Positions 48,701-61,200 are shown, numbered from the stretch's first letter. The stretch: DNA of 64,000 nucleotides from Nemertoderma westbladi (GCA_032718475.1 JAUCBJ010001385.1:44457-108456), one strand, 5' to 3'. Translations and numbers: made by a program. Notes: generated from the sequence alone by a model not told the origin.

Positions 48701-51700
48701 GCCCTGTTTCCAGTATCTCCTCAACCGTATTTCCAGACTCCATACCGTCGTCTACGTAGAAGCCGCGTCGGATCATATCGACGGCCCTACTGCTGTATCT
48801 ATCTTCCTTCCCCTTTACCGTGTCTCTCACTGCCATAGTCGTCGTAAACGAGGACGACTTGGCCCCCATATTTTGTACTACCATCTTATACACTGGTATT
48901 ACCGGCGGTTCTTCTTCGCCGTTATACCATAAGAAGCGTTGACTGTCACTATCTTCTTCCGTTACACGGACCTGGTTGAACATGCCTTCTATGTCACACG
49001 TGAAGGCGTGTTTCCCATTCCTAAATCTAAGTAGTACTTCTATGCCCGAATTGTATATGTTTGGGCCCTCTAGTAGGTAATCGTTTAAGCACTTTCCGTC
49101 GGTCTTTGCCGATGCATCGACTACCATCCTAAGTTTACCTTTCTTTGGGTCTAAAGCTACGTGGAGTGGCAGGTAGTATGTCCTGTCCGTGTTCGGTTCG
49201 TCGACCGGTAACTCCACGGCCCATCCCTTCTCGACGTACTTCTTGATCGTTTTGTGAATGTACTCGTTCTTCTCGGGGCTCCGTTGTAGTGTTTGTTTCA
49301 GCTTGCGGAGTCTCGTGAGTACCATCCCTCTATTATCGGGTAGCGGTATCTTCGGTAGTTTCCATACCATTCCTATTGTATACCGCCCCTCATCACACGT
49401 CATCGATTCCTCCACACTTTGTAGAGCCTGCTTGTCTTCTACCGAGGTCCCGACCCCGGTCTCTTTCAGTCCCTCGAAGTCTTGTCTGAGCAGTCTTTTA
49501 AGCTGCTCCTCTGCTCCCTCATCACCCATTTCCTGCATTGTTCCCGCGAACATGCATCCTGATGTCTCCGACATCCTGAATGGTATCTTGCTCTTAATTG
49601 GACCACTCAGCGTCCACCCGAATGGCGTTAGTATAGCCACCGGGTCGCTCTGCTTGTCTTCGCCGAAGACCGTTTGCATTCTTTCGTGGGCCGTCGGGCA
49701 GTCCATTCCTACTATGATGGATACCTTCCTAACGTCCACGTCTGGGATTGAGAAGTCAATGTTGTCCAGGAATTTGTATTGCTCGACCTCGATGTTGGTT
49801 GGCCGCCTGGCATTGATGTTAATTGACTCTATTACTTGGATGGGGTCGATGGTTGCCCCATAGTCGCATCCTGGTGCCACTGCTGCAATTGCGCACCGTC
49901 CTGTCCTCATCTCTAGGATCTCGTCTTTGCTAGAGATGGTTGTCACCGCCATCCTGCTTGGCCTCGTTCTCAACCCTATTTCTTCGGCTACCCATTCCTC
50001 TACTAATGTGAAGGCAGCTCCACTATCAACCAGCATTAGTGTTGTTACTGATCGATTGCCTTCCCCGATCACTCGTACTGGTACTACTCCAAGTAGCACT
50101 GTTCCTCTCTTCTTCGCCCCTACTGTGCTCGTTGCCATCGTCTGGCCTCTCCTTTGGCCAAACTTGACCGGCTTCTCTTGGCATTCCCTGGCCTTGTGTC
50201 CACTCTTTACACATCGCGAGCAGATTTTATTGCTCGACGCGTAATCTATCTGGTCTTGCCTCGGTAGCGCCTGCCAGTACCTGCAGTTCATGGTTTTATG
50301 AAGCGCATTTGCGTGTAACTGGCATTTGCTCTTTGGGTCGTAGCCCTCTTTATACAATGCGTTGCGTATCGCAGTTATATTTGTACCAAAGTCCCTACTG
50401 TTCTTATTGACTGGATTTGGCCTACTGGACGTACTGGGGTTATGTTTATTCATGTTGTTATTGTTCCCCTGTCCGTTCCATGATGTTGTCTTATCTTCGC
50501 TTGTCTGTGGACTTGCAGTCCCCTGCGTCGCTGCGTATGGCAATGATTGCCTGAGTCTCGGTAACGCGTTCGATGTATTGTGCTCTGGTTTGGGCCTGTA
50601 GTGATCTGTCTTTGGTCCCTTTCCCAGGCTATCTTCACTATAGACTGGGTCCGTTATTAGTTCAGCCTCGTAATTTAAGAAGTTTGACATTTCTTCTAAA
50701 CCTGGTTCCGCACCCTTCTTGTCTCGGGTGGAGAAAGCGATCTTCCTCCATTTGTTGCGCAGCCAGCTCGGTAGTGCCTGCGCTATCGTGGTGATGTTAT
50801 TGGACGCGTTGAGTTCGTATGGCGCGTCTAGCGTCTTCAGCACGATCAGCGCCTTCTCGACTTTGTTAGCAAACGTCTTAATGCTAACGGGGTTATCCTG
50901 TAGGCCACCCGATGTTATGCCTCTCAGCGTCTGCCTGATGATCTTGGCCGGGTGCCCGTATTCCCTATCCAGTGCCCGCCATGCTGTCGTGAAGCCGCCC
51001 TCTATTCCTTGGTATTGCCTCACGATATCGTATGCTGGGCCTCCCGTGTACACTTGTAGATACTTTAGGCACTCCGCCTGCGTCAAGTTTTTTGTTAGTA
51101 TTTCGTTACTATACATTCGCCGAAACTGTAAGTATTCTTCCGGCCTGCTCCCATCGAATTTGAACGGTTCCACGGGTGGTAATTCGATCCTCGTTTTCAA
51201 CGCATCGATCAACGTGGCCATCCCCATTGCCTGCGCTTCTAATGGATTCGACGGGTGCTGTATAGTTTCCCCTGTCTGGTGCGGTTCGTCCGTCCTATTT
51301 CTTGATCTTCTCTGACTCGGATATGTCATCGGGGGTAGCGGCCCCCTCCATATGTCTGTATCACACGACCTGTTTTCATCTAGGGGTCTCGTTGTTCTTG
51401 TTCCTGTCGGGGTATATTGTTGATATTGTGATGGGGGAATGTCACCCTGTCCCCCCCCCACCGGTATGTCTGGTACTGGGGTTGATGTTAATACGTTGGG
51501 GCCCATGCACCTATCCGCAATAATTCCCCCCTCCCCTGGGTATATGTTATGTCCCTGCATGCTGTAGTCATACTGCTGTGCTGGTACCGGTATAGGCCTA
51601 TCAGCTACTGGCCTACTCGCCGGTATGTATTCCGCGACTTCCGGGTTTAATCCCGTTGTCCGCGCTATCCTATCGCCTACATTGCCTCTCTCAGTATGGC

Positions 51701-54596
51701 CTACGGTATGTGCAGTAAGACCTACAGTATGCCCTACAGTCTGCATGTGTTGCTCGGGATCGAAGTTTATTCTTCTCGAATAATCCTCCCCGCGGCTACC
51801 GTATTCTCGATCGGTAGGTATATTCCGTCGGAAAGTTTCTCTTCGACCCCCCTCTCCACTGTTTTCATCTTCGTACCGGTACATTGCGTACCCCTCTCTC
51901 GGCGTGTAATGCGTCTCACCGGATCGCATCCCTCCGGGGCGACGGCAATCTCCCGGAGTCCGACCCCACTGACTCTCCGTTCTCATCTCAACTACCGACG
52001 GCTCGCTGTCCGTCCTCGCTCTTCTATCTTTTGCGGCGATACTTCTACTACTCTCTTCCTCTCTTCTCCTATCAGTGGAATATTCCCGCTCACGAGATCT
52101 CTCGTCGACCTCCCGGTTAAACCCCACTGTTCTTCTTCCCTCCTCTGATTGGGCTCGACGCTCCGTCTGCCCTCCCGCGACGTCAACCTGTCTCTCTCTG
52201 CTCGGTCGCACGCCGCTGGGGATACTCGCGATCCCCCTATTACTTTCCGTCGCCGGTCGTTGCGGTTTACCTATTTCGGCCCTCGCATTATCCGCTGACG
52301 GCTGTGGGACACTCTCTGCCCCCCCCCTCTCGCCGCTAACTCTCTGTTGTGGGGTGCTCGCAGCCCCCCCCCCCCCCCCCCACTCGCTACATCTAACTTC
52401 GCTACCTCTCTCCCCGCTATTATATACCTCTCCAGTCGACACATCCACCCTACCACAGTCGGGTCTATTCACCCCCGCCTCTCCCTCTGCTATTGCGTGG
52501 CCTTCCAGGCCCTCTACTCCCTGCCTACCAACCACGTGGCCTACCAGGCCCTCAGCTCCCTGTCTACTAACTACGCGGCCTACCAGGCCCTCTGCTCCCT
52601 GTCTACTAACTACGTGGCCTACCAGGCCCTCTGCTCCCTGGTTACGTAGGCCCGACGTGTTTACATTAATAGCACCCACATTGGAAACGGAATTAATTTG
52701 CTCATTTGAAACAAAATCATTTGTATTATTCTGCGCGACTACGCTATCTGACTTATTTTGTAAATTCGGGCTAAGATCATTATTTGAATTATTCGAATTA
52801 TTCTGTGTAATTGTGTTATTTAAGTTATTTTGTAGGTCCGAATTCGGATTATTATTTTGATTATTTGAATTATTTTGCGTAACTACATCAACATTAGGGT
52901 TATTTTCTACATTAGTATTGGGATTGTTCTGATTTAAATTTAAATTACTACCACTAGGCAAAGTATTTCCTGCAATAAAGGTTTGATTAGTGTTATCCCA
53001 TACGGTACTATTAATATCAACAATGTCTACTGTACCATTATTATTACCCCCCCCGCCCGTACGGTCGCACCAGTTTTGGGTCTGTCGTGCGGTCCCTGTC
53101 AGTGGAGTATTAATAAATATATCTACGGCCCTCGGCTCCTCAAAAATACTCGAGCCGGCCCCGCTTTCAGACGGCAACACTCGGACCAATTCCAGCTCGT
53201 GCGCCCGTCTAATCTTATTTTTTGCCGATACACCTTGGCGTTTCTCTAATTCCCTTAACTCTCGCTCAGCCTTTGCCCCTCTCTCCTCACTCTCCTGGCT
53301 GTCCCGTCTGGCCGACTCTACTACACTCCTAGCGTTCTCCCTTCGTCTCGCCTCACGTTCTTTGCGTTCCTTTTCCTTTCTTGCCTCATATTCCTTGCGT
53401 TCCTTTTCCCTTCTCGCCTCACGTTCCTTGCGTTCCTCGTCCTCCCTTGCCTCACGCTCTCTGCGTTCCCTTTCCTCCCTAGCCTCACGCTCTCTACACT
53501 CCTTTTCCTCTATTTCGTCACTCTCCCTAAGGCTCCTCAAAGCCCTTTCGACCCTCTCACCGTTCTCTTTAATCAATGCCGCTTCCCTCGCTAACCGCGC
53601 TCTCCCTTCCTCTAGCCGTTCCTCCATTTCCTTCTGACCTTGCTCTGCCACGTCGAGGCGGTATGCGGCACCTATCTCTCTCACCACTCTTTCTTTCGCG
53701 GAGGATGTAACAGACTTATCGGTTACGACGGACTTCCCCCGCCTTCCCGACCTACTAACTTTCCCCGGCCTCCCGGAGCTTTCTCCGACCGACGAGGCCG
53801 AATCCTCGGGGTTAACCTCGGATTCGCCCCCTTCGAGTCCCCTCCAACCCACTGGTTTTACTCCCCGGGCATCGACCAAGTATGGCCCTATGTACACTGG
53901 CGCTACACTAGGTTCCATACTCCCACACTCCCATAGTTCAAACAGTTCGCCGGCTATCCTTTCTGCTCTCTCCCCGGCCAGTTCTCTCTGCCCAAAACGT
54001 ATTAGGTAATTTAAGTGTCTATCCGACTCACCTAGTCGCTTTCTCAGTCTCACCTCGTCTACCTTCGCCCCTTCCTTCTTGGCGTCGTTTATCAGCTTCC
54101 GGGTCGCGTTGTAGGCCCGTCGAAGTCGCTCAGAAACCCCGACGTCCTCGTCGCCGACCTCTCCTCCGTCCCTCCGGGTTCGACGTCGTACCGGCGGCTC
54201 CACCGTCGCCGTTCCGGTGGGCCGTCCGTCGCCCTCGGCCTGTAGCTGGCCGGCGACATCGGTACCGATCTCTCCTCCGTCTCTTCGTGTCCGGCGTCGC
54301 ACCGTCGGCCCCACCGTCGCCGTTTCGGTGGGCCGCCCGTCGCCCTCGGCCGGTAGCTGGCCGACGACATCGGCGCGCCGTTCTCCCTCCCGTGTCGACT
54401 CGTCTCCATCTCCCTCCATCTCGCTCTCTTTCTCTCTTGGTTCGACTTCGGGTTCCAGGCCCTCCTCGTCCTGGACTTCCGGTTCGCCCGTTGTCGATGG
54501 CTCCGGCGTCGTGGGCCTGTATCGCTTGGTCGCGGCCTCGCGGATCGTTAGGTCTTCGTCCGGGGTCCGCGTCGGTGTCTCGCCCGATTCACTCAT
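48561..54596 (-). CDS. BEL/Pao gag-pro-RT polyprotein, first part (frameshifted just after YVDD)
   Basis: DUF1759-like FDGS.PEEYLQF, knuckle CSRCVKSGHKAREC, protease LVDSGA, RT YYLPLH..KLRMVVDAS..DIEGMFNQV..FYVDD. Confidence 0.92.
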   Translation of the reverse strand: MSESGETPTRTPDEDLTIREAATKRYRPTTPEPSTTGEPEVQDEEGLEPEVEPREKESEMEGDGDESTREGERRADVVGQLPAEGDGRPTETATVGPTVRRRTRRDGGEIGTDVAGQLQAEGDGRPTGTATVEPPVRRRTRRDGGEVGDEDVGVSERLRRAYNATRKLINDAKKEGAKVDEVRLRKRLGESDRHLNYLIRFGQRELAGERAERIAGELFELWECGSMEPSVAPVYIGPYLVDARGVKPVGWRGLEGGESEVNPEDSASSVGESSGRPGKVSRSGRRGKSVVTDKSVTSSAKERVVREIGAAYRLDVAEQGQKEMEERLEEGRARLAREAALIKENGERVERALRSLRESDEIEEKECREREAREERERREREAREDEERKEREARREKERKEYEARKEKERKEREARRRENARSVVESARRDSQESEERGAKAERELRELEKRQGVSAKNKIRRAHELELVRVLPSESGAGSSIFEEPRAVDIFINTPLTGTARQTQNWCDRTGGGGNNNGTVDIVDINSTVWDNTNQTFIAGNTLPSGSNLNLNQNNPNTNVENNPNVDVVTQNNSNNQNNNPNSDLQNNLNNTITQNNSNNSNNDLSPNLQNKSDSVVAQNNTNDFVSNEQINSVSNVGAINVNTSGLRNQGAEGLVGHVVSRQGAEGLVGRVVSRQGAEGLVGHVVGRQGVEGLEGHAIAEGEAGVNRPDCGRVDVSTGEVYNSGERGSEVRCSEWGGGGGAASTPQQRVSGERGGAESVPQPSADNARAEIGKPQRPATESNRGIASIPSGVRPSRERQVDVAGGQTERRAQSEEGRRTVGFNREVDERSREREYSTDRRREEESSRSIAAKDRRARTDSEPSVVEMRTESQWGRTPGDCRRPGGMRSGETHYTPREGYAMYRYEDENSGEGGRRETFRRNIPTDREYGSRGEDYSRRINFDPEQHMQTVGHTVGLTAHTVGHTERGNVGDRIARTTGLNPEVAEYIPASRPVADRPIPVPAQQYDYSMQGHNIYPGEGGIIADRCMGPNVLTSTPVPDIPVGGGQGDIPPSQYQQYTPTGTRTTRPLDENRSCDTDIWRGPLPPMTYPSQRRSRNRTDEPHQTGETIQHPSNPLEAQAMGMATLIDALKTRIELPPVEPFKFDGSRPEEYLQFRRMYSNEILTKNLTQAECLKYLQVYTGGPAYDIVRQYQGIEGGFTTAWRALDREYGHPAKIIRQTLRGITSGGLQDNPVSIKTFANKVEKALIVLKTLDAPYELNASNNITTIAQALPSWLRNKWRKIAFSTRDKKGAEPGLEEMSNFLNYEAELITDPVYSEDSLGKGPKTDHYRPKPEHNTSNALPRLRQSLPYAATQGTASPQTSEDKTTSWNGQGNNNNMNKHNPSTSSRPNPVNKNSRDFGTNITAIRNALYKEGYDPKSKCQLHANALHKTMNCRYWQALPRQDQIDYASSNKICSRCVKSGHKARECQEKPVKFGQRRGQTMATSTVGAKKRGTVLLGVVPVRVIGEGNRSVTTLMLVDSGAAFTLVEEWVAEEIGLRTRPSRMAVTTISSKDEILEMRTGRCAIAAVAPGCDYGATIDPIQVIESININARRPTNIEVEQYKFLDNIDFSIPDVDVRKVSIIVGMDCPTAHERMQTVFGEDKQSDPVAILTPFGWTLSGPIKSKIPFRMSETSGCMFAGTMQEMGDEGAEEQLKRLLRQDFEGLKETGVGTSVEDKQALQSVEESMTCDEGRYTIGMVWKLPKIPLPDNRGMVLTRLRKLKQTLQRSPEKNEYIHKTIKKYVEKGWAVELPVDEPNTDRTYYLPLHVALDPKKGKLRMVVDASAKTDGKCLNDYLLEGPNIYNSGIEVLLRFRNGKHAFTCDIEGMFNQVRVTEEDSDSQRFLWYNGEEEPPVIPVYKMVVQNMGAKSSSFTTTMAVRDTVKGKEDRYSSRAVDMIRRGFYVDDGMESGNTVEEILETGRHPERIRLQPDQIPIQFRRIYQGNRRQETRIDHGQPYNSQRTGHGD

Positions 54597-54675
54597 CTCG
54601 TTTGTGGCTGATGATTCGGCTAGCTAGGTTGCAGTTCTTAGAGTTTAACTAGGGCGGCAGCTCGGTTTTAGTTAC

Positions 54676-55213
54676 TGTGACGGGATCCAGGAGGGATCCC
54701 GATTTATCTGATGTGGTATTTAGTCCACGCGTCCCCGCCGTGTATAAGAGTGAAATAAAGATAACTGAGTTCTGAAGTTCGGTGTATAATAATAGGTTAT
54801 AGGATATAGATATACTGTGAATTGTACGGTAGGCGGGATACGGTAACTAAAGTCCCGTGATCCCCTAACTAAACTAATTGGCTGTACCCTACGCTAGCAC
54901 TGCTGCACTGAGATAACTGAATCACTGATTAATAGGTTATTGGTTATATTGCACGGTGGCCTTACTGCTACTCAATCGATGCCATTCCCCCCTCTGATTG
55001 GTTAATACCCTTGTTGGCGCCCCGTGGAGTATTCCCGTTCACTCCACCTGTTCTCTCTGGGTTAGGGGTTTGGCCCCTGACCCTCTATTGTGTGCTTCCT
55101 TCCCACTCTTATTGGGATGGCACGAGTTGGTTAATTGCCCAATCTCGTGGCTCCCAATATTGCTTATCGGCTAATAACTTTATGGGGTGTTGGCGGGATT
55201 GAATAAGCTAACA
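54676..55213 (-). repeat. 5' LTR (538 bp)
   Basis: Sense strand TGTTAG...GTCACA; direct repeat of 41185-41722. Confidence 0.97.
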
Positions 55214-58200
55214 TGATCTGTTCTTTACTTTACACGTTCAGTGCATGATCTGTCCTTTACACGTTCAGTGCATGATCTGTTCTTTACTTTACACGTTCAG
55301 TGCATGATCTGTCCTTTACACGTTCAGTGCATGATTTGTTCTTTACACATTCAGTGCATGATTTGTTCTTTACACGTTCAGTGCATGATCTGTTCTTTAC
55401 ACGTTCAGTGCATGATCTGTTCTTTACTTTACACGTTCAGTGCATGATATGTTCTTTACACGTTCAGTGCATGATCTGATCTTTACTTTACACGTTCAGT
55501 GCATGATCTGTTCTTTACTTTACACGTTCAGTGCATGATATGTTCTTTACACGTTCAGTGCATGATCTGATCTTTACTTTACACGTTCAGTGCATGATCT
55601 GTTCTTTACTTTACACGTTCAGTGCATGATATGTTCTTTACACGTTCAGTGCATGATTTGTTCTTTACACGTTCAGTGCATGATCTGTCCTTTACACGTT
55701 CAGTGCATGATCTGTTCTTTACTTTACACGTTCAGTGCATGATATGTTCTTTACACGTTCAGTGCATGATTTGTTCTTTACACGTTCAGTGCATGATTTG
55801 TTCTTTACACGTTCAGTGCATGATTTGTTCTTTACACGTTCAGTGCATGATCTGTTCTTTACTTTACACGTTCAGTGCATGATCTGTTCTTTACACGTTC
55901 AGTGCATGATCTGTCCTTTACACGTTCAGTGCATGATTTGTTCTTTACACATTCAGTGCATGATTTGTTCTTTACACGTTCAGTGCATGATCTGTTCTTT
56001 ACTTTACACGTTCAGTGCATGATCTGTTCTTTACTTTACACGTTCAGTGCATGATCTGTTCTTTACACGTTCAGTGCATGATTTGTTCTTTACACGTTCA
56101 GTGCATGATCTGTTCTTTACTTTACACGTTCAGTGCATGATCTGTTCTTTACTTTACACGTTCAGTGCATGATCTGTTCTTTACACGTTCAGTGCATGAT
56201 CTGTTCTTTACTTTACACGTTCAGTGCATGATATGTTCTTTACACGTTCAGTGCATGATCTGTCCTTTACTTTACACGTTCAGTGCATGATCTGATCTTT
56301 ACTTTACACGTTCAGTGCATGATCTGTTCTTTACTTTACACGTTCAGTGCATGATCTGTTCTTTACACGTTCAGTTCATGATCTGTCCTTTACACGTTCA
56401 GTGCATGATCTGTTCTTTACACGTTCAGTGCATGATCTGTTCTTTACACGTTCAGTGCATGATCTGTCCTTTACACGTTCAGTGCATGATCTGATCTTTA
56501 CTTTACACGTTCAGTGCATGATCTGTTCTTTACACGTTCAGTGCATGATCTGTTCTTTACTTTACACGTTCAGTGCATGATATGTTCTTTAAACGTTCAG
56601 TGCATGATCTGTCCTTTACACGTTCAGTGCATGATCTGATCTTTACTTTACACGTTCAGTGCATGATCTGTCCTTTACACGTTCAGTGCATGATCTGTCC
56701 TTTACACGTTCAGTGCATGATCTGTCCTTTACACGTTCAGTGCATGATCTGTTCTTTACACGTTCAGTGCATGATCTGTTCTTTACACGTTCAGTGCATG
56801 ATCTGTTCTTTACTTTACACGTTCAGTGCATGATCTGTTCTTTACACGTTCAGTGCATGATCTGATCTTTACTTTACACGTTCAGTGCATGATCTGTTCT
56901 TTACACGTTCAGTGCATCATCTGTTCTTTACTTTACACGTTCAGTGCATGATCTGTTCTTTACACGTTCAGTGCATGATCTGATCTTTACTTTACACGTT
57001 CAGTGCATGATCTGTTCTGTACACGTTCAGTGCATGATCTGATCTTTATTTTACACGTTCAGTGCATGATCTGTTCTTTACACGTTCAGTGCATGATCTG
57101 TCCTTTACACGTTCAGTGCATGATCTGTTCTTTACACGTTCAGTGCATGATCTGTTCTTTACACGTTCAGTGCATGATCTGTTCTTTACTTTACACGTTC
57201 AGTGCATGATCTGTTCTTTACTTTACACGTTCAGTGCATGATCTGTTCTTTACACGTTCATTGCATGATCTGTCCTTTACACGTTCAGTGCATGATATGT
57301 TCTTTACTTTACACGTTCAGTGCATGATCTGTTCCTTACTTTACACGTTCAGTGCATGATCTGTCCTTTACACGTTCAGTGCATGATATGTTCTTTACAC
57401 GTCCAGTGCATGATCTGTCCTTTACACGTTCAGTGCATGATCATTCCTTTACACGTTCAGTGCATGATATGTTCATTACACGTTCAGTGCATGATCTGTT
57501 CTTTAGTTTACACGTTCAGTGCATGATCTGTTCTTTACTTTACACGTTCAGTGCATGATCTGTTCTTTACACATTCAGTGCATGATCTGTTCTTTACACG
57601 TTCAGTGCATGATCTGTTCTTTACTTTACACGTTCAGTGCATGATATGTTCTTTACACGTTCAGTGCATGATCTGTCCTTTACACGTTCAGTGCATGATC
57701 TGATCTTTACTTTACACGTTCTGTGCATGATCTGTCCTTTACACGTTCAGTGCATGATCTGTTCTTTACACGTTCAGTGCATGATCTGTTCTTTACACGT
57801 TCAGTGCATGATCTGTTCTTTACTTTACACGTTCAGTGCATGATCTGTTCTTTACTTTACACGTTCAGTGCATGATCTGTCCTTTACACGTTCAGTGCAT
57901 GATATGTTCTTTACACGTTCAGTGCATGATCTGTCCTTTACACGTTCAGTGCATGATCTGTCCTTTACACGTTCAGTGCATGATATGTTCTTTACTTTAC
58001 ACGTTCAGTGCATGATCTGTTCTTTACTTTACACGTTCAGTGCATGATCTGTCCTTTACACGTTCAGTGCATGATATGTTCTTTACACGTTCAGTGCATG
58101 ATCTGTCCTTTACACGTTCAGTGCATGATCATTCCTTTACACGTTCAGTGCATGATATGTTCATTACACGTTCAGTGCATGATCTGTTCTTTAGTTTACA

Positions 58201-61200
58201 CGTTCAGTGCATGATCTGTTCTTTACTTTACACGTTCAGTGCATGATCTGTTCTTTACACATTCAGTGCATGATCTGTTCTTTACACGTTCAGTGCATGA
58301 TCTGTTCTTTACTTTACACGTTCAGTGCATGATATGTTCTTTACACGTTCAGTGCATGATCTGTCCTTTACACGTTCAGTGCATGATCTGATCTTTACTT
58401 TACACGTTCTGTGCATGATCTGTTCTTTACACGTTCAGTGCATTATCTGATCTTTACACGTTCAGTGCATGATCTGTCCTTTACACGTTCAGTGCATGAT
58501 CTGTCCTTTACACGTTCAGTGCATGATCTGTCCTTTACACGTTCAGTGCATGATCTGTTCTTTAGTTTACACGTTCAGTGCATGATCTGTTCTTTACTTT
58601 ACACGTTCAGTGCATGATCTGTTCTTTACACATTCAGTGCATGATCTGTTCTTTACACGTTCAGTGCATGATCTGTTCTTTACTTTACACGTTCAGTGCA
58701 TGATATGTTCTTTACACGTTCAGTGCATGATCTGTCCTTTACACGTTCAGTGCATGATCTGATCTTTACTTTACACGTTCTGTGCATGATCTGTTCTTTA
58801 CACGTTCAGTGCATTATCTGATCTTTACACGTTCAGTGCATGATCTGTCCTTTACACGTTCAGTGCATGATCTGTCCTTTACACGTTCAGTGCATGATCT
58901 GTCCTTTACACGTTCAGTGCATGATCTGTCCTTTACACGTTCAGTGCATGATCTGATCTGTCCTTTACACGTTCAGTGCATGATCTGTCCTTTACACGTT
59001 CAGTGCATGATCATTCCTTTACACGTTCAGTGCATGATCTGTCCTTTACACGTTCAGTGCATGATCTGATCTGTCCTTTACACGGTCAGTGCATGATCTG
59101 TCCTTTACACGTTCAGTGCATGATCTGTCCTTTACACGTTCAGTGCATGATCTGTCCTTTACACGTTCAGTGCATGATCTGTCCTTTACACGTTCAGGGC
59201 ATGATCTGTCCTTTACACGTTCAGTGCATCATCTGTTCTTTACTTTACACGTTCAGTGCATGATCATTCCTTTACACGTTCAGTGCATGATCTGTCCTTT
59301 ACACGTTCAGTGCATGATCTGATCTGTCCTTTACACGTTCAGTGCATGATCTGTCCTTTACACGTTCAGTGCATGATCTGTCCTTTACACGTTCAGTGCA
59401 TGATCTGTCCTTTACACGTTCAGTGCATGATCTGTCCTTTACACGTTCAGTGCATGATCTGTCCTTTACACGTTCAGTGCATGATCTGTTCTTTACACGT
59501 TCAGTGCATGATCTGTCCTTTACACGTTCAGTGCATGATCTGTCCTTTACACGTTCAGTGCATGATCTGTTCTTTACACGTTCAGTGCATGATATGTTCT
59601 TTACTTTACGCGTTCAGTGCATGATCTGTTCTTTACTTTACACGTTCAGTGCATGATCTGTTCTTTACTTTACACGTTCAGTGCATGATCTGTTCTTTAC
59701 TTTACACGTTCAGTGCATGATCTGTTCTTTACACATTCAGTGCATGATCTGTTCTTTACACGTTCAGTGCATGATCTGTTCTTTACTTTACACGTTCAGT
59801 GCATGATATGTTCTTTACACGTTCAGTGCATGATCTGTCCTTTACACGTTCAGTGCATGATCTGATCTTTACTTTACACGTTCTGTGCATGATCTGTTCT
59901 TTACACGTTCAGTGCATTATCTGATCTTTACACGTTCAGTGCATGATCTGTCCTTTACACGTTCAGTGCATGATCTGTCCTTTACACGTTCAGTGCATGA
60001 TCTGTCCTTTACACGTTCAGTGCATGATCTGTCCTTTACACGTTCAGTGCATGATCTGATCTGTCCTTTACACGTTCAGTGCATGATCTGTCCTTTACAC
60101 GTTCAGTGCATGATCATTCCTTTACACGTTCAGTGCATGATCTGTCCTTTACACGTTCAGTGCATGATCTGATCTGTCCTTTACACGTTCAGTGCATGAT
60201 CTGTCCTTTACACGTTCAGTGCATGATCTGTCCTTTACACGTTCAGTGCATGATCTGTCCTTTACACGTTCAGTGCATGATCTGTCCTTTACACGTTCAG
60301 GGCATGATCTGTCCTTTACACGTTCAGTGCATGATCTGTTCTTTACTTTACACGTTCAGTGCATGATCATTCCTTTACACGTTCAGTGCATGATCTGTCC
60401 TTTACACGTTCAGTGCATGATCTGATCTGTCCTTTACACGTTCAGTGCATGATCTGTCCTTTACACGTTCAGTGCATGATCTGTCCTTTACACGTTCAGT
60501 GCATGATCTGTCCTTTACACGTTCAGTGCATGATCTGTTCTTTACACGTTCAGTGCATGATCTGTTCTTTACACGTTCAGTGCATGATCTGTTCTTTACT
60601 TACACGTTCAGTGCATGATCTGTTCTTTACACGTTCAGTGCATGATCTGTCTTCTTTACACGTTCAGTGCATGATCTGTTCTTTACACGTTCAGTGCATG
60701 ATCTGTTCTTTACTTTACACGTTCAGTGCATGATCTGTTCTTTACACGTTCAGTGCATGATCTGATCTTTACTTTACACGTTCAGTGCATGATCTGTTCT
60801 GTACACGTTCAGTGCATGATCTGATCTTTATTTTACACGTTCAGTGCATGATCTGTTCTTTACACGTTCAGTGCATGATCTGTCCTTTACACGTTCAGTG
60901 CATGATCTGTTCTTTACACTTCAGTGCATGATCTGTTCTTTACACGTTCAGTGCATGATCTGTTCTTTACTTTACACGTTCAGTGCATGATCTGTTCTTT
61001 ACTTTACACGTTCAGTGCATGATCTGTCCTTTACACGTTCAGTGCATGATATGTTCTTTACACGTTCAGTGCATGATCTGTCCTTTACACGTTCAGTGCA
61101 TGATCTGTCCTTTACACGTTCAGTGCATGATATGTTCTTTACTTTACACGTTCAGTGCATGATCTGTTCTTTACTTTACACGTTCAGTGCATGATCTGTC

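Larger units (their letters stand above)
41185..55213 (-). mobile_element. Full-length BEL/Pao LTR retrotransposon (14,029 bp) with an extra ORF
   Basis: TG..CA LTRs, 5-bp TSD TGATC (41180-41184 / 55214-55218), PPT next to the 3' LTR, domain order gag-PR-RT-RH-IN with BEL/Pao motifs. Confidence 0.96.

Noticed and set aside
48690-48724. Programmed ribosomal frameshift between the two large ORFs
   Set aside because: The break falls inside RT just after YVDD, residues appear to be missing and there is no slippery heptamer. A deletion or sequencing error is more likely.
42370-54652. Many plus-strand ORFs of 100-260 aa inside the retrotransposon
   Set aside because: They are antisense shadows of long GC-rich coding frames with no recognisable motifs.
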